DNA of 64,000 nt, taken from Anaerolineae bacterium (GTDB taxonomy: Bacteria > Chloroflexota > Anaerolineae > DRVO01). Every line of letters begins with the position of its first letter. Within the stretch, counting starts at the first letter, position 1. The DNA is taken from assembly GCA_050945695.1 (NCBI GenBank), contig JBMNTK010000002.1, positions 3,395 to 67,394 on the forward strand, read 5' to 3'. The notes beneath the pieces were generated by a model. That model was not told the origin of the DNA and searched no databases. It worked only from the letters and a program-made list of their open reading frames with translations. The position numbers were made by a program, and so were the translations under genes. This document shows positions 58,444-64,000 of the stretch, one piece after another.

Positions 58444-60273
58444 CTACGCGTTGCCGGAGGGCCGGATCTTCAGCAAGTTGAAGATGAAGATGGGTACCCA
58501 CGTCCCGGGCACGCCGTATGGATCATCGGCCGTGGCCCAACCGGTCCAGTAGTAGGTATCCTCGGCGATGGTGAACATGGACTGGCTGATGGGGATCACC
58601 ACCGTATCCCGGACCAGGATCTCCATCGCATCGTGATAGAGCTGCCTCGTGGTCTCGTCTGTCAGGTCGTACGGGCGCGAGGCCAACTGGTCTACGATCG
58701 CGTCCAGCTCGGGGTTGGCATACCCAGCGTCGTTGGAGCCGGTGATGTCTCCCTCTGGCACGGCGTACTTGCTGTGGTACTTCTCGAACATGAAGTACGG
58801 GTCGTACCAGGTCTGGCACATCCAGCCGGTGAGCGCCTCGAACGTCTTCTGGGACCACGGATCGTTGAAGGCGGCACCCTCTTGAGGCTTGGTCGTGGTC
58901 TCGATGCCTATCTCGTTCCAGCCGTCCGCCGTCACCTGGCCGATACGCAGGAGCTCCGGCACCCACGAGCCGCTGATGAGGGTGATGGACGCCCGAGTGT
59001 CACCCTTGGTCCAGACGCCGTCTGCGCCCTTGGTGAAGCCGGCCTCCTCCATCAGCGCCTCGGCCTCGGCCGGGTCGTACTTGGTGGGCTGGTAGGTCTC
59101 GAGGACGTCGGCCACGGCATCCATGAAGGGCTGGTGGGTGGCGTATAGAGGCACCATCAGATCGTTGGTGAGGCCATATCCCTCGTAGGCCACGTTGATG
59201 ATCTTCTCGCGATCAATGGCCCGGGACAGGGCGCGCCGGACTAGCGGATCGTCCCACGGAGCCTTGCGGTGGTTGAGGACGACGTAGCGGGGGCAAGGGT
59301 CAATCCACTGGTACGGTGGCTCGTCGAACCAGGCGATCGCGTATGGGTTGCGCTCCTGGACGGTCAGGAAGTCCGTCGGCCCACCCAGGTAGGCGGCGTC
59401 GAGCCGGTGCTCGCTCATCTCGATGATGCGCGTCTCTGGGGCCAGGTAGCGCCAGATCACGTACTTGGGCGCCGGCTGCCCGAATACGTCATTGCCCCAC
59501 CAGTCATCTATGCGCTCGAAGACCTCTTCTTCCACATCGGCCTTGATGATCTTGTAAGGGCCAGTGTGCACCGGCTCCCAGTTGGTGAAGGCCAGTGGGT
59601 CCTGGTCGGCCCAGATGTGCTCAGGCACCATGCTGATGCCCCAGGTGGAGGCGATGTTGAGGTCGAAGCGAGGGTTTACGTCCTTGAAGGCCAGGTGGAC
59701 GGTGTAGTCGTCTACCTTCTCGATGGCCGTCACCCACTCGGCGATGGTGGCGCCATAGGACATGGTGGGGTTCTTGGAGATCATGTCCAGGGTGAAGACG
59801 ACGTCGTCGGCGGTGAAGTCCTCGCCGTCGCTCCACTTGACGCCCTCGCGCAACGAAATCGTCATGCCCGTGTAGCCTTCGTCGTACTCGAAGCCCGTAG
59901 CCAGCCACCACTCGGTCCGGCCAGCATCGCTGTTGACGAACCATAGCTGGTTGGACCCGCCGAGGCTGCTGTGCCAGGCATAGGCATTGTTAGGCACGAA
60001 CATGTTCATCTGCTGCGGGTTGGGGTTGCGGTTGTGCATGTAGAGGATGAGGGTTTCGGCCCGAGGATACTCGCCAGGCCTGGACTCGGCCGCGGGCGCG
60101 GCTGTCGTTGCCTCGGCGGCGGGCTCTTCTGTGGCCCCCTCTGGGGTGGCCTGTGCAGGCTGCGGTACCGGAGACGCGGGGGCGCAGGCTGCCAATGCAG
60201 TCATACCTGCCCACGCTGCGCTGAAACGAAGGAACGCCCTGCGGCTTAGCGGATGCTCACCGGAACTGGCCAT
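58444..60273 (-). CDS. Family-5 extracellular solute-binding protein (peptide/nickel/oligosaccharide type), Tat-lipoprotein
   Basis: Tat motif 'SRRAFLRF', lipobox 'LAAC'. 609 aa SBP_bac_5. Confidence 0.85.
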   Translation of the reverse strand: MASSGEHPLSRRAFLRFSAAWAGMTALAACAPASPVPQPAQATPEGATEEPAAEATTAAPAAESRPGEYPRAETLILYMHNRNPNPQQMNMFVPNNAYAWHSSLGGSNQLWFVNSDAGRTEWWLATGFEYDEGYTGMTISLREGVKWSDGEDFTADDVVFTLDMISKNPTMSYGATIAEWVTAIEKVDDYTVHLAFKDVNPRFDLNIASTWGISMVPEHIWADQDPLAFTNWEPVHTGPYKIIKADVEEEVFERIDDWWGNDVFGQPAPKYVIWRYLAPETRIIEMSEHRLDAAYLGGPTDFLTVQERNPYAIAWFDEPPYQWIDPCPRYVVLNHRKAPWDDPLVRRALSRAIDREKIINVAYEGYGLTNDLMVPLYATHQPFMDAVADVLETYQPTKYDPAEAEALMEEAGFTKGADGVWTKGDTRASITLISGSWVPELLRIGQVTADGWNEIGIETTTKPQEGAAFNDPWSQKTFEALTGWMCQTWYDPYFMFEKYHSKYAVPEGDITGSNDAGYANPELDAIVDQLASRPYDLTDETTRQLYHDAMEILVRDTVVIPISQSMFTIAEDTYYWTGWATADDPYGVPGTWVPIFIFNLLKIRPSGNA

Positions 60274-60529
60274 GACCCTCCCTCCTAGGTTGGATATGGA
60301 GCAGCGGTTAGTTCAGCTAATAGCAGCTCTGGACTTGGCGGGCTGCCTCCCTCGCTCCGACGCCACTCAGCAGCGAAGACGAGCCGGTCCTATTCACTTC
60401 GCCAGTGGGTGGGGCCGAAGACCACAAAGACCCGGTAGATGGCGGTATGTTTGACGTGCACGAACATGATAGAAAGCGCGGGACGAATAGTCAACAGTTG
60501 CAGTTAGGTTTTGCTCCCCCATCACCGAA

Positions 60530-60566
60530 CCAGGCTGGCAGCGAACTGTTCGCTGCCAGCCTGGTC
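60530..60566. terminator. Strong GC hairpin downstream of URO-D paralog 3
   Basis: ccaggctggcagcgaac-tg-ttcgctgccagcctgg, a ~16-bp perfect stem. Confidence 0.5.
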
Positions 60567-60577
60567 AATGCCGGGAA

Positions 60578-61594
60578 CTACTGCCGCCGCCGCCACCACT
60601 GCTGCAGCATGGTCAGGTAGTGGGGCAGGGGGATGAACTTGGCGACGCTGTTGCCGGTGCCCAGGGCGTAGCCGCCCCCGGCCCCGCAGGTATCCATGAG
60701 CATGTCGGCATGTTCGCGGATCTCCTCCTCGCTGCTGCGGCAGAGGCGGTCCACGTCGAACCCGCCCAGCAGGGCGATGCGGTCACCGTAGAGCCGCTTG
60801 GCCTCGGTGACGGGCAGGATGGAGTCCTCGAACGAGTGCTTAGCGTCTATCCGCACGTCGTTGATGATATCGGGCATGATGGTGGCCAGCTGGCCGCAGG
60901 AGTGGAGGATGCAGGGCTTGCCCTCCCGATGGGCGATCTCGGCCAGCCGCTTGTGCCAGGGCAGGACGAACTCGCGCATGTCATTGGGGGAGACGAGCGT
61001 CTGGGTCTTGAAGCCCAGGTCGTCGCTGATGACCACGGCTCCCACTTCCGGAATGGAGGCCATGCCGGAATACATGGCGACGTAGAGCTCGCCCAGGCGG
61101 TCGAAGATGGCGTGCACCAGTTCGCGGTCGTCAGCGAGCAGGAGGCACAGCCCAGCGTAGCCGCACAGCCCCTCTGCTGCCTCGAAGATGCCCCCGGTCT
61201 GGGCGATGATGCGCATGCCATCGGGGAGGCGCGGGGCTACCGCCTCGTACTCGGCGAAGCTGATGTCCGCAGTGGAAGGCCAGTCGTAGCTCTCGAAGGT
61301 CTGCCAGTCGCTGATGGGGTAGCCCTTGCGGGTATCCTTGAGGTCACCCAGCTTCAGCGGCAGCCCCGGCCAAACGGGGACGTAGTCGTACCCGGCCCGG
61401 TAGTAGAACTCGATGGTCGCTGTCCGGTCGGGCAAGGGATGGCCGACGAGCGCCTCCTGCACGGGCATATCGGCGAAGAGCTCGTAGAGGGGGATGTACT
61501 CGGGCGTACCGTCCCGCCGCAGGGCACGCTCCAGCTGGGTGAAGTCGGGCCGGGGCTGGATGCCCGTTTCCTCTAGGGTGGTCGGCATGGTCAT
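60578..61594 (-). CDS. URO-D/MtaA family protein, paralog 3
   Basis: 338 aa. N-terminal 'TPEYIPLYELFAD' and body similar to paralogs 1 and 2. Confidence 0.7.
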   Translation of the reverse strand: MTMPTTLEETGIQPRPDFTQLERALRRDGTPEYIPLYELFADMPVQEALVGHPLPDRTATIEFYYRAGYDYVPVWPGLPLKLGDLKDTRKGYPISDWQTFESYDWPSTADISFAEYEAVAPRLPDGMRIIAQTGGIFEAAEGLCGYAGLCLLLADDRELVHAIFDRLGELYVAMYSGMASIPEVGAVVISDDLGFKTQTLVSPNDMREFVLPWHKRLAEIAHREGKPCILHSCGQLATIMPDIINDVRIDAKHSFEDSILPVTEAKRLYGDRIALLGGFDVDRLCRSSEEEIREHADMLMDTCGAGGGYALGTGNSVAKFIPLPHYLTMLQQWWRRRQ

Positions 61595-61874
61595 GTAGCG
61601 ACACTCCTTCCTTGGCCTCAGTGGGCGCCTTGGCCCATCCGGAACGTCCCAACGGTCCGGGCGGGTAAGGGCTATGCCAGGGGCGATAAACCATTTGGCA
61701 GGTATGAGTCTACTCTCTAGCGGACGGACAGGCTACCCTGGGTGAGGGCTCTGGCCCCCGGCGGGGCGCGCTGCCAGTTGGCATTTGCCGCCCGCTGGGT
61801 TTAGGCTTGCATGAGCCCCGGGGTGCCGCGGGGCGCTAAGGAGCCTCACTTCCTAGCCCGTGAAGGAGGTCAGC

Positions 61875-63125
61875 GTGTCAGAGAAAACGGCTGCAGTGGG
61901 CGCGATGCAGGAACAAAACCGGTGGTTGGTAGCCGTCGCCGGCGTGGCCATGCAGATCATTCTGGGCACGGTGTATGCCTGGAGTGTGTTCAAGACCCCG
62001 CTGATGACGGCGCACGGTTGGTCCAATACTGAGGTGGGCCTGGCCTTCACCTTGGTCATCCTCTTCATCGGCGTCTCAGCGGCCTTCGGGGGTCGGTTCG
62101 TGGACAAGGCCGGGGCGCGTCGGGTAGCTACGATAGCGGCCGTCCTCTTTGGGGTCGGCACTCTCCTGGCCGGGGTAGCGGCCGGGGTGGGCAGCAAGTG
62201 GCTTCTTTGGTTGGGCTACGGCATCATCGGCGGCACCGGCAACGGCCTGGGTTACATCACCCCGGTGGCGGTGCTGGTGCGCTGGTTCCCGGACAAGCGC
62301 GGGTTCATCACCGGCCTGGCCGTCATGGGGTTTGGGTTCGGCGCCGCCATCATGGGGCAGATCGCGCCCCTCATCATCCCGGCGATCGGGCTGGCCAACA
62401 CCTTCTACCTCTTCGGCGCCCTGTTCCTGCTGGTCCTGTTGGTGGCAGCCCAGAAGATGGTCAACCCGCCTACGGACTGGAAGCCGCCCATGCCCCCGCG
62501 CACGGCTAGCGAGGCGGTCACCGACGCTCCCTCGTGCGACCTGAACCAGGCCCTGAGGATGCCCCAGTTCTACATCCTCTGGGGGCTCCTGTTCATCAAC
62601 GTGACCGCCGGCATCGCCATCATCAGCAACCTCTCTCCCATGGCCCAGGCGCAGGTAGGCCTGACCGCCGTCGCCGCCGGTACCCTGGTGTTCGTGACCT
62701 CCATCTTCAACGGACTGGGACGCATCTTCTGGGCCTCTCTGTCTGATCGCGTTGGCCGCCGGACGGTGTTCCTGACCTTGTTAGCCACCCAGATCCCCAT
62801 CTTCCTGCTTCTGCCCAGCATCAGCAGCCCCCTGCTCTTCGGGGTACTCTGCTGCTACGTGCTCCTTTGCTATGGGGGCGGCTTCTCCACCATGCCCGCG
62901 TTTGCCGCCGATACCTTCGGCACCGCCTGCATGGGGGACATCTACGGCAAGATCCTGCTGGCTTGGGGCGCGGCTGGCGTGGTGGGGCCGATGCTCATGG
63001 AGTTCGTGCAAAATCGGTCGGGCAGCTTCTCGGCTGCCCTGTATATCGGCGCCGGCCTGCTGGCAGTCGGGCTGGTGTTGGCTCTGTCCTACCGTAAGCC
63101 GGCGGTGGTCCTGAAGCCGCGCTGA
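61875..63125 (+). CDS. MFS transporter, oxalate/formate antiporter (OFA) family
   Basis: 'WLVAVAGVAMQIILGTVYAWSVF' OFA-type N-terminus. AAGGAGG RBS 5 nt before GTG 61875. Confidence 0.75.
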   Translation: MSEKTAAVGAMQEQNRWLVAVAGVAMQIILGTVYAWSVFKTPLMTAHGWSNTEVGLAFTLVILFIGVSAAFGGRFVDKAGARRVATIAAVLFGVGTLLAGVAAGVGSKWLLWLGYGIIGGTGNGLGYITPVAVLVRWFPDKRGFITGLAVMGFGFGAAIMGQIAPLIIPAIGLANTFYLFGALFLLVLLVAAQKMVNPPTDWKPPMPPRTASEAVTDAPSCDLNQALRMPQFYILWGLLFINVTAGIAIISNLSPMAQAQVGLTAVAAGTLVFVTSIFNGLGRIFWASLSDRVGRRTVFLTLLATQIPIFLLLPSISSPLLFGVLCCYVLLCYGGGFSTMPAFAADTFGTACMGDIYGKILLAWGAAGVVGPMLMEFVQNRSGSFSAALYIGAGLLAVGLVLALSYRKPAVVLKPR

Positions 63126-63196
63126 TCCCGAAAGGACATAGCGTAAGACGGCACGGGGTAGGCGTGCTTTGGCGTTTCAACCAATAGGAGGCTCGT

Positions 63197-64000
63197 ATGA
63201 CCAAAATGCAGCAGCTGGCCGAACTGGGTCAGTCCATCTGGTTAGACTACATTCACAGGTCGCTCATCACCTCGGGCGAACTGCAGCAGCTCATTGACCG
63301 GGGCCTGCGGGGTATGACCTCAAACCCCAGCATCTTCGCCAAAGCCATCGGTGGCAGTAACGACTACGATGAGCAGCTCCGCGGCTTGGCCAGCACCGAT
63401 ATGCCGCTCATGGACCTCTATGAGGCCCTCGCCATCCAGGACATCCGGGCCGCGGCCGACCTCTTCCGTCCCCTCTACGACCGGACGGAGGGACGAGATG
63501 GCTTCGTTAGCCTCGAAGTGGATCCCCGTCTGGCCGACGACACCGAGGGCACCCTCAAAGAGGCGCGCCACCTGGTGGCCACGGTGAACCGGCCCAACGT
63601 CATGATCAAGGTGCCCGCCACCCCGGCCGGGATTCCCGCCATCCGCACCCTGGTCAGCGAAGGGCTCAACATCAACGTGACCCTCATGTTCTCCCTGGCC
63701 GACTATGATGCCGTGGCCGAGGCTTTCCTGTCTGGGATGGAGGACCGGGCGCAGAAGGGCGGGGACCTCTCCCGAGTGGCCTCCGTGGCCTCGATCTTCG
63801 TCAGCCGGGTGGACACGGCCGTGGACCAAGAGCTGGAGAAAGCCGGCAACACGGACCTGCAGGGCAAGATCGCTGTAGCCAACGCCAAGCAGATCTACGC
63901 CCGCTTCCAGGAGGTCTTCGCCGGTCCGCGTTGGGAGAAGCTGGCGGCCCGTGGGGCCAGGGTACAGCGGCCACTGTGGGGAAGCACCGGCACCAAGAAC
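63197..64000 (+). CDS. tal: Transaldolase (3'-partial at window edge)
   Basis: 'GMTSNPSIF', 'SLEVDPRLA', 'NVMIKVPAT' (Schiff-base Lys) and 'INVTLMFS' motifs. AGGAGG RBS. No stop before the window end. Confidence 0.85.
   Translation, partial: MTKMQQLAELGQSIWLDYIHRSLITSGELQQLIDRGLRGMTSNPSIFAKAIGGSNDYDEQLRGLASTDMPLMDLYEALAIQDIRAAADLFRPLYDRTEGRDGFVSLEVDPRLADDTEGTLKEARHLVATVNRPNVMIKVPATPAGIPAIRTLVSEGLNINVTLMFSLADYDAVAEAFLSGMEDRAQKGGDLSRVASVASIFVSRVDTAVDQELEKAGNTDLQGKIAVANAKQIYARFQEVFAGPRWEKLAARGARVQRPLWGSTGTKN

Overview
High-GC (~67-68%) bacterial chromosomal segment with GGAGG-type ribosome-binding sites, Tat/lipoprotein signals and frequent ATGA/GTGA start-stop overlaps between adjacent genes. 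Most six-frame ORFs are antisense or overlapping artefacts of GC-rich DNA; about 55 genes are supportable. 

Gene content, in order:
- Small-molecule enzymes: cupin, SAM methyltransferase, DUF3090-like protein, MBL-fold hydrolase, NUDIX hydrolase, creatininase-family protein, serine hydrolase, amidohydrolase-2, nucleoside hydrolase and a partial transaldolase at the 3' edge.
- Transporters: MATE, two MFS (one OFA-type), a MOT1-like anion transporter, an ABC-2 exporter operon, a DrrAB-like ABC pair, two heterodimeric type-I ABC exporter pairs, and an Opp/Dpp-like importer with a family-5 binding protein.
- Three paralogous uroporphyrinogen-decarboxylase-like (URO-D/MtaA-fold) proteins. One is co-operonic with the Opp-like importer and a second lies immediately upstream of it.
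- A sulfatase-fold protein with TxGxR in place of the CxPxR formylglycine motif.
- A split HhH-GPD DNA glycosylase gene next to a second HhH-GPD-like gene.
- A standalone LigD 3'-phosphoesterase domain gene and a DUF3604 protein.

Most unusual locus: a co-directional 15.7-kb cluster (34.4-50.1 kb). In order it holds a MacA-like adaptor, an HtrA protease, MacB ATPase and permease, an intramembrane-sensing histidine kinase (apparently frameshifted in a G-run, no adjacent response regulator), a MOT1-like transporter, DrrAB-like ABC, a heterodimeric ABC exporter, and an ECF sigma with an anti-sigma carrying a ~660-aa repetitive ectodomain. A secreted YfbK-like vWA protein is convergent, with a PadR/DUF5320 pair beyond it. 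This looks like an envelope-stress or peptide/toxin export supercluster with no visible substrate gene.

Other points:
- A ~1.7-kb low-GC island (25.2-26.9 kb) carries two uncharacterised genes, one cytoplasmic and acidic, one a 2-TM membrane protein.
- There is a family of intergenic palindromes built from tandem heptamers (GTGAYRC / complement ..TCACG), plus REP-like hairpins sharing an 18-mer between distant loci.
- No rRNA, tRNA or CRISPR array was recognised.
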